A stretch of DNA of 64,000 nt from Chloroflexota bacterium (GTDB lineage: Bacteria; Chloroflexota; Anaerolineae; Promineifilales; Promineifilaceae): assembly GCA_035444285.1 (NCBI GenBank), contig DAOMOK010000025.1, positions 7,506 to 71,505 on the forward strand. The letters are read 5' to 3'. Within the stretch, counting starts at the first letter, position 1. Every line of letters begins with the position of its first letter. The notes below the pieces were generated by a model, which saw only the letters and a list, made by a program, of their open reading frames with translations, was not told where the DNA came from and searched no databases. Both the position numbers and the translations under genes were made by a program. This document shows positions 1 through 9,285 of this stretch, in pieces.

Positions 1-258
1 TTGGGGTCAATGCGTATTGAACTGGACGGCTGTGAACTCGTCATGCGTCCAGCTTCGCGAGCTCTATTTCTCTACTTATTACTTCATCGGCACAAATACC
101 TGCGGCGGGAAGCTCTAGCCGCTCTCTTTTGGGGCGAGAGTGACGATGCGCATGCAGGCGTTTTTGTAGCAAAAGGACAAAACTTTACGTTTGAGGACGA
201 GGCAACCAAAAGTAAGGCAGACATTCTAAGTTCAGGTGAGCTTTTCTGGCACGGTTAG
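1..258 (+). pseudogene. Remnant resembling the winged-helix N-terminus of a BTAD/SARP-type regulator
   Basis: LVMRPASRALFLYLLLHRHKYLRREALAALFWGESDDAHA parallels the N-termini of the regulators at 10552, 20056 and 27867 (e.g. KVRALLAYLAVESDRPHRRESLTALFWPE). The frame stops after 85 aa with no BTAD or ATPase part. Touches the window edge. Confidence 0.4.
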
Positions 259-394
259 CCACCTGCCTGCTGTCTACTTCTCACAACGTATTGTGGATGT
301 TGAGAACCATGGTGTATAGAGTTTTCGAGTAACACCAAACCGAGTCAATGATTTGGACTCCGGAGGATGAGATGTAAAGATGATCAGTCGGTCG

Positions 395-1399
395 TTACTG
401 CTTCTCGTCAACCATTTCAGCAACTAAAACAAAAAAATGGGGCAGGAGATGGCGCAGTGCTTCACGTCTAGCTGTCAGTTGCATAGTGGTTGCCAAACCT
501 AAGTCTGCCAACAACTGCTGGTATAGACTGGAAAAACATTTTCTTTCTACGGCCGTGGCGTCATTCTGGAAGACGAGGTTTAACAAAAAATAGGTGTGCA
601 GTATCCACTGCATGGCTTCCCGATGATGCCCCTCATCAATCATCTCTTGCGCAGCCGCGGTGTAATAAGGCAGCAGGTGGGGACGTAGTTTATACCCAAC
701 ATAGGGAATGGGGGTGCGATAGATAGCCACAGCCTGTGGGAATGCCTGGGCGACAAAGGGAAGATACCCCTCTACCTGAGAGCGTGTCATGCGGACACAG
801 CCCAATATTTGCAAAGCGTTTGTGTGAAGTTCCAGCCGTTTCTGCGCCTGCAAAATGCTCTTCATACCAATAAGCGAACGCCGGTGGGTGGGGATGTTCA
901 GACTGGCTACGGCCAGCAAGCCGCCCAGATACATCAGCGTGAAGGATAAGGCCAGGACGGTGAAATCTGGTTGGTCGAGCGTGGTTTGCACCAGTTCCTT
1001 TTCCCACTGGCAGCGCGCCTCTACCCAGCGGCGACGGCCGTACTCCCCTACTACTGCCCGCTGCACCTTCCCCAATAAGCCGGTGGGATCGGCCAGGATG
1101 TGGCCGTGCGCCAGGTGGGGCGCCAGGCGGGGGTTGGACAATACGGCCGTGACCTCATATTCCCCTGGTGTACCAAAGGCCACATCCAGCATCAGCCCCT
1201 CATACCAGACAGCCCGGTTGCCGCGTCCACCGTCCGCTAACACGATTTTTATATCCACGTCCCGATGTGCCGGAAAGTCCGCCTCAGCCGACAAACCATT
1301 CAAGCTGCCCTGTAAATGCGCGCCTATAAAACCGGGTGTCTGTGCCTCCTCGGCCGACACCCACTGCCGCGCCAATTGTGTGATTTTGTGTACCCTCAT
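395..1399 (-). CDS. Nucleotidyltransferase-domain protein (aminoglycoside/KNTase-like architecture)
   Basis: 334-aa ORF with AGGAG upstream of the ATG. GSLNG...HRDVDIKIV fits the G-S...D-x-D minimal NTase signature and is followed by a helical C-terminal half. Last gene of a co-directional cluster. Confidence 0.55.
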   Translation of the reverse strand: MRVHKITQLARQWVSAEEAQTPGFIGAHLQGSLNGLSAEADFPAHRDVDIKIVLADGGRGNRAVWYEGLMLDVAFGTPGEYEVTAVLSNPRLAPHLAHGHILADPTGLLGKVQRAVVGEYGRRRWVEARCQWEKELVQTTLDQPDFTVLALSFTLMYLGGLLAVASLNIPTHRRSLIGMKSILQAQKRLELHTNALQILGCVRMTRSQVEGYLPFVAQAFPQAVAIYRTPIPYVGYKLRPHLLPYYTAAAQEMIDEGHHREAMQWILHTYFLLNLVFQNDATAVERKCFSSLYQQLLADLGLATTMQLTARREALRHLLPHFFVLVAEMVDEKQ

Positions 1400-1403
1400 C
1401 AGC

Positions 1404-2126
1404 CTACTCCTGGTGCTGCTCTTCTTCTTCCTGTTCCACCGCTCTGGCAGAAATCAATTGCAGTTCTGCTTGTGTTAGAGCCTCCGAAAGCCAGAAGCGT
1501 TCCGCCTCATCTTCACCGGCGCGGTACAGCCAATGAGCGCTGACCGGCATGACACGGGCCGGATTAAACACCAGAATTTCATCCGAATCCCAATCCGCCC
1601 CTGACCGGTCGCCAATCGCCTCGTAGCCATGCCCCTTCACTTCCCCATGCAGCCGCGAGAGCCGTAGCCAGGCGTCGTGATAACGGGCCACTTTGCCCTT
1701 GCGTCCCCGCCCAATCGTCTGCACTCGTTGGCGGTGCGCGCGCATAAGAAGGTAGCTGCACAGGTGGATGAGTTCCTTCTGGGTTAATCGTTTGTTGGCG
1801 AGGATAGCCTGATGAAAATGGGGGCCAAGGTCGAGCAACTCCTGGCCGAATTCACGCCGCAGATGGCCAATCACTTTCCGGTCGTAGCTATCGTCCACCC
1901 ACAAGATGCGTGTACCCGGCCGTAGCTGGCAAACAATCACAAAATCTGGCGTCCACAAAGCGGCCGATTGCAGTTGTTGTGCCACATAAACGCCGCGCCC
2001 CAGCATATTGCCGTGCCCCTCATGCCCCAGGGCGAATCCCTGGCTCATAATGGCATAGGCATGACCGGTCCACGTCCCGTGATAGTAAATTTTGTCATCG
2101 TCCGTTTGCATGAGGTTTACACCCAT
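1404..2126 (-). CDS. PARP-like ADP-ribosyltransferase-fold protein
   Basis: YYHGTWTGHAYAIMSQGF...GNMLGRGVYVAQQLQSA fits the H-G-[ST]...G-F...G-x-G-[IV]-Y-[FV]-A core of PARP-type ARTs. C-terminal SDEILVFNPARV fits the catalytic-Glu strand (NEYIVY-like). The ATG overlaps the GNAT stop (TGATG). Confidence 0.55.
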   Translation of the reverse strand: MGVNLMQTDDDKIYYHGTWTGHAYAIMSQGFALGHEGHGNMLGRGVYVAQQLQSAALWTPDFVIVCQLRPGTRILWVDDSYDRKVIGHLRREFGQELLDLGPHFHQAILANKRLTQKELIHLCSYLLMRAHRQRVQTIGRGRKGKVARYHDAWLRLSRLHGEVKGHGYEAIGDRSGADWDSDEILVFNPARVMPVSAHWLYRAGEDEAERFWLSEALTQAELQLISARAVEQEEEEQHQE

Positions 2127-2608
2127 CAACGCATCTCAGCCAGTTCGACCTTCATCAAGTAGTATGGTTCCGATTCCCCGACGACGGCAAATCCCAGGCG
2201 TTCATAGAGCTGTCGGGCCGGATTCATTTTGAACACCTGGAGCGTAACCGGTTGCCGCCTGGCCCGGGCTTGCGCCAGGAGGTGGTGCAGCACGGCCGTG
2301 CCCACTCCCCGGTTTTGGTAGGTCGGCAAGATATAGATGCCTTTCAGGTATAACACATCATCCTCCTCTACCAGCGCCAGTTCGCCCACATCTTGGTCGC
2401 CTACAACGATAATCTGGCTGATACTCGGATTAAAAGAGACGGCAAAACGTTGTCGCTGCGCACCTTCATCCCAACCCCAGATCGCCTCCACGTACTTCTG
2501 CATGGTTGCCCGGCGCAATTGGTAGACAAAGTCATAATCCGATGCCGAAGCTGGACGCAATCTCACCTCTTGTGTATCCATAAGCTGCGTTACTTTTTCA
2601 ATAGACAT
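2126..2608 (-). CDS. GNAT family N-acetyltransferase
   Basis: 160 aa. Acetyl-CoA motif A is YQNRGVGTAVLHHLL, followed by NPARQLYERLGF. Confidence 0.85.
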   Translation of the reverse strand: MSIEKVTQLMDTQEVRLRPASASDYDFVYQLRRATMQKYVEAIWGWDEGAQRQRFAVSFNPSISQIIVVGDQDVGELALVEEDDVLYLKGIYILPTYQNRGVGTAVLHHLLAQARARRQPVTLQVFKMNPARQLYERLGFAVVGESEPYYLMKVELAEMR

Positions 2609-2638
2609 CTTCTTCAGACACCCTCTTCCTCTGACTCA

Positions 2639-3418
2639 TTATTTTACCCGCGCCTGGAACAACATCGTCAGATACGGTTTCAACACCTGTCCGCCGTGCT
2701 GCTGGATCGCGGTGCGGACGCCGGTAAAGAGCCGCTCGCGTGTGTCTGCCGCCAAATCTCGGTGAGCGGAATAGGTTTGTAACAGCTTAACGTAGCGTTC
2801 GGCCGTGTATGTCTCAGACCAGGCGTACTGCCGCACACTCACTGCACCAAAGCTGCCAGAAGCGCGGAAGTTTTCGGTGATGGCGCCGGTTAACCAATCG
2901 GCCGTAACGGTATTGTCCGGGTTTCGCAATTCCAGTTCGTGATATACAGCCTCAATGGCCCGCGACCACTCTGTTTGTGGGTCGGGGGTAACATTCCAGT
3001 AGAAAGCGGCCGATCCTGACTCTTTCAGGGCGGCGGCTGTTTTGGCATAACCTATCTCCGGCGGGATCCAGTGCATGGCCTCGGCGGAAATAACCAGGTC
3101 AAAGGCATTTGCTGCCAGCGGCCACTCTTCAAAGGCCACATTCACTACCTGGACGCGCGGGAAGGGGGCCAGATTGCACGCCGCCAGCGCCGCCAATTGT
3201 GGGCCGAGTTCAACGGCCGTAATGTGATAACCGCGTGTGGCGTAAGGCAGGGTGGCGTTGCCCGGCCCGCAGCCAATTTCCAGGATACGGCCGTCCGGCG
3301 GAATACCCGCCAGCGCCAGCACATCGTCAACCAACTGCGCCGGATAGCCGGGCCGGGCCTCGTTGAAGAGAGCGGCCGTTTCTTCAAATGTCGTGCGCCT
3401 GTTTCGGTCTATAGACAT
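2639..3418 (-). CDS. Class I SAM-dependent methyltransferase
   Basis: Motif I is ILEIGCGPGNATLPYA. Start moved to the internal ATG at 3418 (MSIDRNRR...), which is preceded by GGAAG. The longer track ORF has no RBS. Confidence 0.85.
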   Translation of the reverse strand: MSIDRNRRTTFEETAALFNEARPGYPAQLVDDVLALAGIPPDGRILEIGCGPGNATLPYATRGYHITAVELGPQLAALAACNLAPFPRVQVVNVAFEEWPLAANAFDLVISAEAMHWIPPEIGYAKTAAALKESGSAAFYWNVTPDPQTEWSRAIEAVYHELELRNPDNTVTADWLTGAITENFRASGSFGAVSVRQYAWSETYTAERYVKLLQTYSAHRDLAADTRERLFTGVRTAIQQHGGQVLKPYLTMLFQARVK

Positions 3419-3440
3419 CTTCACTTCCTTTTTTATTGTC

Positions 3441-3956
3441 CTATTTTGCAGCCACCTGTAAGCCAGCCCTCCATGAAAGAGCGTCGTCAAATGCGGCCTG
3501 GAAGACCTCATCCCATTCATGGTATTGCTGAGGGCGTGTCGTTACCGGTATGAACATTCGCCTTGATGTCTCATGTCTTGCAGCAAACGGCAGAATTCGA
3601 TTCACGGTACCAGCGTACAGCAACTGGCTGGCAAGTCGCGGATAGATGAAACCCGGTGCAAACGCCGGGTTCTCTGAGTGATCACACTCGACGGCGCCGA
3701 GCAGAACCGGTGAATCGATCGTGACACATGCTTCTTCGAGCAGCTCGCGTTGCAGGCAATCGAGCAGGCTCTCACCGGGCAGCACGTGACCGCCCGGAAT
3801 GGAGGCGCCCCGTCCGGCCACGTCAACCAGAATAAGCTGATCACCGGAAAAACAGAAGCAATGTACGGCCGTTACCGGCTCTGAGTACTGCCCCGGTTGC
3901 CGCACCCACCTGAGGCGAACAGGGCCGGAGGGCCAATGTACCAGGGCGCTGATCAT
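3441..3956 (-). CDS. Nudix hydrolase
   Basis: Nudix box [24 protein letters not shown] (G-x5-E-x7-REUxEE-x-GU pattern). ATGA overlap with the upstream gene. Confidence 0.85.
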   Translation of the reverse strand: MISALVHWPSGPVRLRWVRQPGQYSEPVTAVHCFCFSGDQLILVDVAGRGASIPGGHVLPGESLLDCLQRELLEEACVTIDSPVLLGAVECDHSENPAFAPGFIYPRLASQLLYAGTVNRILPFAARHETSRRMFIPVTTRPQQYHEWDEVFQAAFDDALSWRAGLQVAAK

Positions 3957-4696
3957 TTGGTCTGACTGACATAGCGTTCGGCCGTGGCCACTTCCAACAC
4001 CAATTCACCCTGCTCATCGCGCCGCCAGATGGCGATGCCCAGCCACACCGCCCAGACGGGGATAAGCAGGAGAAACGGCGTTTCAATGATGGCCAGTGGT
4101 GTGACGCGGAATGCCTGCTCAAACCAGACACTGAGCGCCAGGACTCCCAAAACCATCGTCATGATGCCCAGGGCACGCCGCTCGTGCCGCAACACCGTGC
4201 CGATGCCCAGCCACCACAGGCCGCCAAAGAAAAATGCCAGCGGGCCGACACCATAAAAGACCATATTGAACCCGCTCTGGAAAACGACCAGCAGCACTTC
4301 TCGCTGCGCCTCCGAAGCGACCGCATATTCTCGCATCAACGGCGGCACCAGGCCGCCCATGAGGTTTACACCGATCATGCCCACGAGAATATGGGCGAAG
4401 CCGGCGATGGTGTACAGCGTGACCAGGGCAGGGTTACGCGGCTTGAGCCAATACCAAAGATAGAGGGCGGCCGGTGCCAGGAGCAGCGAGTAGCCAAACG
4501 TGTCCGAAACTGCCCAGGCCAGGTGGAGGTACCCGGCCGCAGGCTCTCCCAGGACGAGTACATCCGCCATATTAGACACTGCATCAGAATTGGCCCCAAT
4601 CGCCCGTGCGACCAGGACCCAGGCTGACAGGGCCACTGGCGCGGCGAGGATAGCGGTGATCGCAGCGATACGTCTGAATAAAGTTTGGTTGTTCAT
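3953..4696 (-). CDS. Polytopic membrane protein, function unknown
   Basis: 247 aa with about 7 hydrophobic segments. ATGA overlaps on both sides indicate operon membership. Confidence 0.6.
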   Translation of the reverse strand: MNNQTLFRRIAAITAILAAPVALSAWVLVARAIGANSDAVSNMADVLVLGEPAAGYLHLAWAVSDTFGYSLLLAPAALYLWYWLKPRNPALVTLYTIAGFAHILVGMIGVNLMGGLVPPLMREYAVASEAQREVLLVVFQSGFNMVFYGVGPLAFFFGGLWWLGIGTVLRHERRALGIMTMVLGVLALSVWFEQAFRVTPLAIIETPFLLLIPVWAVWLGIAIWRRDEQGELVLEVATAERYVSQTK

Positions 4697-5970
4697 GGGT
4701 TTTCTCCTTGTGAGACTATCAACCTGACCGCGTATAAAAAACGGTCTTTCGTCACCACGTACATCACGCCATTGGCTACACCTGGGGCCTTCGTACCAGG
4801 CTGCTTCTCCAGGTCGTAAGTAGCCAATAGAGCGCCGTCGCCCTTATCCAGGACGAACAGCCGGCCACTCGCACTCGCCAGATACAGATGCTGCCCGTCA
4901 ATCACGGGCGACCCCAACGGGACCCTTAACTCCGGGTCGTATTCCCACAAGGGCAACCCGTTATAGGCGTCAAGGGCCGCTACGACGCTGCTTGTGGCAT
5001 AGAGTGTGCCGGCATCTACCAGCGGAGTGGACACAATGCCCCCTGGCATACGAATTGACCACAAAAGACTACCATCCGTAGCATTCAGAGCCGATAGCCT
5101 GCGGTTCAGGCTGCCGACGTAGACGATCCCATTGCTTGCTCGTGGGGAACCGAAGACCTGACCATCCACCTGGTATTCCCACCGCAGCACGCCGTCCGCA
5201 ATGTTGATTGCGTGCAGGATGTGGTCACTTCCGGCAATGAACACAGCGCCATGGTCAACGGCCGGTGAGGAGGGAAGGGAGCCAGAACTGTCCATATCGC
5301 TCACTGGCTCGTCAAATTGGAAGCGCCACTGCAACGTCCCGTCTGTGGCGTCCAACGCATACAGGTATCCGTCCTGGCTATTCACAAAAACCAGCGTCTC
5401 ATAGACGGCAGGCTGTGAACGGACGTGCCCGCCGGTGGTGTAAGCCCAGAGCAAGGTCCCATCGAGGGCATCAACGGCGTATACATGGTGGTCTTCGCTG
5501 CCAAAGTATACTACTCCATCCGCGACTGTGGGTGTTGAAGGGGTATGCCCGTTGTGGTCGTAGCTCCAAAGGAGCGATCCGTCCCCGGCATCGAGCGCGT
5601 GCAGGCTTCCCCTCTTTCCTCCCGGAAGATCAGATGCACCGACGTAGACGACTCCATTAACGGCCGTTGCCGACGTCAACGGGGAAACCCAGTAAGGGGG
5701 TTCGCTCGCCGAACCCGGTTTGAAGGCCCAGAGCCGTTCACCGGCGGCTGTTTCCACTGTCGGCGTGGGGGCTTCTGTTGGCTCTGGTAGCAACGCGGTC
5801 GGCGGCAGATGAGCCTGGGCCGGTTCTTCCAATTCAGTCATCGGTGTGGGTTCCGGCTCTCCTGTTTTTTCAGGGATTGCCGTACCAGCCTGTGTGCAGC
5901 CAGGCGTCAAAAGCACTATCCCCAGGAGGACCATCATCGTCTGTCTGGCAAATTTGAATTGAGTATCCAT
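4693..5970 (-). CDS. PQQ-like (BamB-type) beta-propeller repeat lipoprotein
   Basis: Repeated G.VY.G..DG.L.ALDA.DG.L.W units (e.g. [45 protein letters not shown]). Signal peptide plus lipobox LLTPGC after the ATG at 5970. Confidence 0.8.
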   Translation of the reverse strand: MDTQFKFARQTMMVLLGIVLLTPGCTQAGTAIPEKTGEPEPTPMTELEEPAQAHLPPTALLPEPTEAPTPTVETAAGERLWAFKPGSASEPPYWVSPLTSATAVNGVVYVGASDLPGGKRGSLHALDAGDGSLLWSYDHNGHTPSTPTVADGVVYFGSEDHHVYAVDALDGTLLWAYTTGGHVRSQPAVYETLVFVNSQDGYLYALDATDGTLQWRFQFDEPVSDMDSSGSLPSSPAVDHGAVFIAGSDHILHAINIADGVLRWEYQVDGQVFGSPRASNGIVYVGSLNRRLSALNATDGSLLWSIRMPGGIVSTPLVDAGTLYATSSVVAALDAYNGLPLWEYDPELRVPLGSPVIDGQHLYLASASGRLFVLDKGDGALLATYDLEKQPGTKAPGVANGVMYVVTKDRFLYAVRLIVSQGENP

Positions 5971-6042
5971 GAAGTGCGTCTCCTTCGGCGAACGCTCACT
6001 CTTGATGTGCATAACCTTGTCCTATGGAACGGGACTGTTTGC

Positions 6043-6267
6043 TCAAACAAGCCCGGCTGCAAGAGCAGCGCCAATGAGCGCGCCTAAAGCGATGAACCCC
6101 AGGTTTGCCAGCGATTTCAGGCAACCGCCCGGCGGCACATCTCCTCTGGCTGGATCAAACTCCATGACTCCTGGGCGTACCATACGCCCACCCTTCATCC
6201 CAAATATCGGGATAGAGATTACCCAGGCGATTAAACCGCCTACAACTGCGCCTATAACGACTTCCAT
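6043..6267 (-). CDS. Small glycine-rich two-TM membrane protein
   Basis: Internal ATG at 6267 (MEVVIGAVVGGLIAWV...) is preceded by GAGGAG. The upstream part of the track ORF looks non-coding. Confidence 0.45.
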   Translation of the reverse strand: MEVVIGAVVGGLIAWVISIPIFGMKGGRMVRPGVMEFDPARGDVPPGGCLKSLANLGFIALGALIGAALAAGLV

Positions 6268-6301
6268 ATCTATACTCCTCGTAAATGGGACACCGTATAT
6301 G

Positions 6302-6775
6302 TCACACATGAATCCAACGATTGGCAAACTCTCCGGTGGTGCGGAACTCACTTCCGGGGACGGTGATCTGCCACATAATCCGGTAAGGGTCGCGGAAGGC
6401 AAGAGCCTCAGCGCTGTCCTCCATAATTGTTGCATCGGTGGGTAGGTGGGCGCGCACGCGGGCAATCTCATCTTCAATCATATGCAACCCGATGGCGAAG
6501 ACCTGGCCTGACGGCCTTTCGCCCTGAAACAAAGCCAGGATGAAATCTCCTTTGCGCAGGGCAACCATGCCTGGTGTGATGCCGGCCGCTTCGGCATCAT
6601 CCCAGCTTTTGTCAAAGGGCTTGTCCTGAGCGGCGTCGAAGGACAGCGTATACCACAGGCCATCGTCTAACAGCACCTCACGGCCGATCAACTGCATCTC
6701 GAACAACGGCCGGTAATACGCCTCGGCCGTGCGCAAGTCAGGGACGACCAGGGCGATGTGTCGTATGCTGGTCAT
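6302..6775 (-). CDS. VOC (glyoxalase/bleomycin-resistance/dioxygenase) family protein
   Basis: MTSIRHIALVVPDLRTAEAYYRPLFEM is a typical VOC N-terminus. AGGAGG lies upstream of the ATG at 6775. Confidence 0.8.
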   Translation of the reverse strand: MTSIRHIALVVPDLRTAEAYYRPLFEMQLIGREVLLDDGLWYTLSFDAAQDKPFDKSWDDAEAAGITPGMVALRKGDFILALFQGERPSGQVFAIGLHMIEDEIARVRAHLPTDATIMEDSAEALAFRDPYRIMWQITVPGSEFRTTGEFANRWIHV

Positions 6776-6795
6776 AGTTCTATACCTCCTGCGCT

Positions 6796-7419
6796 TCACC
6801 CGCGCCACAGCAGCCCAACTCCGAGCAGCAGCAGCGTCGGGATGTAGACCACCGGCCAGCCATTTACGTTAAAATAGAGATAGAAGGCCAGCAGGCTCCA
6901 GGCCAGAGCGGCCCAGCCGAGCCACGACGGTAGCAGTTTCGCATGCAGCCCCAACCAGCTAAAGAGCAGCAGAGCAGTGAGCAGGAAGCTGATGTAGATG
7001 CGTTGAAGGCCGTAATTTATCCAGTGGCGGAGGGGCTCGTAGAACTCTGGCGCGGCGCCTGCGCGGGCTACCCTGACCGCCCAAACGGTAACACTGGCGT
7101 GAAAACTGACCTCGATAACGGCCAAGACCGTGCCGAACACAAACAATACCAGGGCAACAACGGCCGTGCCCTTATCCCCGGCTTTAAGCAGGGCAAACCC
7201 GGCCAGTTGGGCCATTAAGTACGGCACGGCGAAGCGTGCGATGGTGCGCAGCCCCGAAGCGTCTCTGGTCGAAAAACTCACGCCGCGATAGCCGGCCGCC
7301 ATGCCCTCCAGCCGCCCCTGCGCGGCAATGGATCCGACACCATAAAGCAGGATGAGCAGGCCCAACAGCAGCAAGATGCCGGCGATACGCGCTGTGCTGA
7401 AGTAATTCGTGGCGATCAT
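6796..7419 (-). CDS. Membrane protein, paralog family with C-terminal LLPSWLGW motif
   Basis: Start at MIATNYF (7419) overlaps the upstream stop as ATGA. Shares KLLPSWLGWAALAWS-type C-terminal segments with 7992-8563 and 8610-9242. Confidence 0.6.
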   Translation of the reverse strand: MIATNYFSTARIAGILLLLGLLILLYGVGSIAAQGRLEGMAAGYRGVSFSTRDASGLRTIARFAVPYLMAQLAGFALLKAGDKGTAVVALVLFVFGTVLAVIEVSFHASVTVWAVRVARAGAAPEFYEPLRHWINYGLQRIYISFLLTALLLFSWLGLHAKLLPSWLGWAALAWSLLAFYLYFNVNGWPVVYIPTLLLLGVGLLWRG

Positions 7420-7850
7420 TGCGCCAATCCTTTGCGGGCCAAGAACATCCCGATCAGAGCGACGACCGCCAGGACAAGCAATCCGGCGCCAAATCCGCCG
7501 ACGTAGAGCATGCCCACGGCGACCAGGGCAGCAATCATGACCCACAAGGCGTACCAGGCCCAGCGAGAGCCGTTCCAAAACCCCTGCAAAGCAACGAGCA
7601 GCGCCAGCGAGCCAAACGCCATGTACCATATGGCTACTTGTTGGGCATTCTTCCCCATCTGGTCGGCAATTTCCGGATATAACTGACTGAATTCCAGCGC
7701 ACCCAAATCCCCTCTTTCGGCTTCGGGGCCGAGGAAGAACCAGGCAATGCCGTTGAACAACAGCATGGCACTGACGACCAGCAGGATACCCCAGCCCACC
7801 TTCACCGCTCTTGACTGGTTTTTTACCTCATGTGTAGTAATCGTAGTCAT
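7416..7850 (-). CDS. Four-TM membrane protein, function unknown
   Basis: 144 aa, hydrophobic throughout, translationally coupled to the downstream gene. Confidence 0.6.
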   Translation of the reverse strand: MTTITTHEVKNQSRAVKVGWGILLVVSAMLLFNGIAWFFLGPEAERGDLGALEFSQLYPEIADQMGKNAQQVAIWYMAFGSLALLVALQGFWNGSRWAWYALWVMIAALVAVGMLYVGGFGAGLLVLAVVALIGMFLARKGLAQ

Positions 7851-7922
7851 TTTTCATCTCCTTTCCTTGATGTCTTTACTGATTAAAATCATTGCCACAA
7901 AACTCCCGGCATAGCCCGGGCC

Positions 7923-7947
7923 AAAAGCGCCGTCGGCGCTTTTTTTA
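7923..7947 (-). terminator. Hairpin flanked by an A-run and a T-run (bidirectional intrinsic-terminator-like)
   Basis: aaaAGCGCCgtcGGCGCTttttttt lies about 45 nt downstream of the stop of the 7992-8563 gene. Confidence 0.4.
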
Positions 7948-7991
7948 TTTCGTTTTCATCTCTGACTCCTTACAATTTCAAACCATGTTCA

Positions 7992-8563
7992 TTACCCAGC
8001 CTTCTTCAATAGCAAAGGAATGCCAATCAGGAGCGGCATGAGGTGATGGGTAATGGGGTAATAGATGTCGCCTGGCGTGATGATAAAAAAAACGACCAGC
8101 AAGCCCAGGTTAAATGCGATGGTCGTCCAACCAATCCAGGATGGCAGCATCTTCGCCTGGAGCAATGCGCCCCCGATAGCCGCCTGGCCCAGAAAGGCAA
8201 GTATTACGTAGACGACGATGAGCGGAGAGGAAGGTATGCGCATCGCTTCGGCCGCCGCCAGCAAGACGGCTCCGAAGAAATAGGCACTGGCACCCAACCG
8301 CGCCAGTACACGGCCGTTGGTATCTTGAAGTGTCGCCTCAAGCAGCACAAATCCGAGCGCGGTAAGGATGACTGCCGCCAGGATGGATCCACGTTCCCAC
8401 ACGAAGAGCGCCGGGCTGTGGGGCGCAGGCTGTGGGGCGCACCTCCCTGGACTCCATTCCGGCTGTTAAACAGGTACAGGCCGAGCGCCAGAGGGAGAAT
8501 AGCGGCAACTAGCAAGGCGCCTGTTACTCTTTCTTCCGTCCAAAACGCCTGGTTTGTGTTCAT
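7992..8563 (-). pseudogene. Membrane-protein paralog disrupted by a 14-bp tandem duplication
   Basis: The N-terminal frame (MNTNQAFWTEERVTGALLV...) and the C-terminal frame (WERGSILAAVILTALG...) are in different phases. They are separated by GGCTGTGGGGCGCA x2 at 8414-8441. Removing one copy joins them in frame. Confidence 0.65.
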
Positions 8564-8609
8564 GATCCTTTCCTCTCTCCTTTCGTGTCTTATCTCGCTC
8601 GTGATGGTT

Positions 8610-9242
8610 CTATGGCCACAGCAGGGCCACACCGATGGCGGCCGGCATGATGAAGGGGATGGCCGGTGCCCCGACCCCAACCAGCCACCCGGCGAAACAC
8701 AGAGTGCTCCAGCCAATCGCCGCCCAGCCCAGCGAGGGCGGCAGCAGGCCGGTACGCAGGATGCCCCATCCGATTAAGATCATCGCCACAAAACTCCCTG
8801 CATAGCCCAGGCGAAAAGCGCCATCGGTCGCATCGCGTAACGGCGGATAAATCTCCGGGATGCTTTCGGTGCGCCCCGCCTCCTCCGCTGCCCAGGTGGT
8901 CAGGCCCACGTGGAAGGCTCCATGCAGAATGCCGGTAAGACCGGTTACAAGTGCGAGCGTAAAGGCCAACAGCGCCTGTTGTTCCTCCCCGGCCCGGGCC
9001 AGTAGGCGGGCCAATAGTGCAAACCCCAACAACGGGAAAATCCAGGTGACCGAGTAGATCTCGTTCAACAGCCGGAATGTATCGGCATAGGGGGCCATCG
9101 CTGCCAGCGCGCCTCCCACCGCCGCAAAGCCGGATGCCGCCCCGTTGACAATCATGATCACAGCCGCCAGCAAGCCGATCAGCAGGCCGCTAACCAGCAG
9201 GCTGCCCGTTACTCTTTCTTCCGTCCAAAATGCCTGGTTCAT
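8610..9242 (-). CDS. Membrane protein, intact paralog of 7992-8563
   Basis: Start at MNQAFWTEERVTGSLLV (9242) mirrors the N-terminus of the pseudogene. C-terminal LLPPSLGWAAIGWS motif. Confidence 0.65.
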   Translation of the reverse strand: MNQAFWTEERVTGSLLVSGLLIGLLAAVIMIVNGAASGFAAVGGALAAMAPYADTFRLLNEIYSVTWIFPLLGFALLARLLARAGEEQQALLAFTLALVTGLTGILHGAFHVGLTTWAAEEAGRTESIPEIYPPLRDATDGAFRLGYAGSFVAMILIGWGILRTGLLPPSLGWAAIGWSTLCFAGWLVGVGAPAIPFIMPAAIGVALLWP

Positions 9243-9285
9243 ATTTAGACTCCATTCTCCATTGGCCCAGACTGAGCCTTTACGA

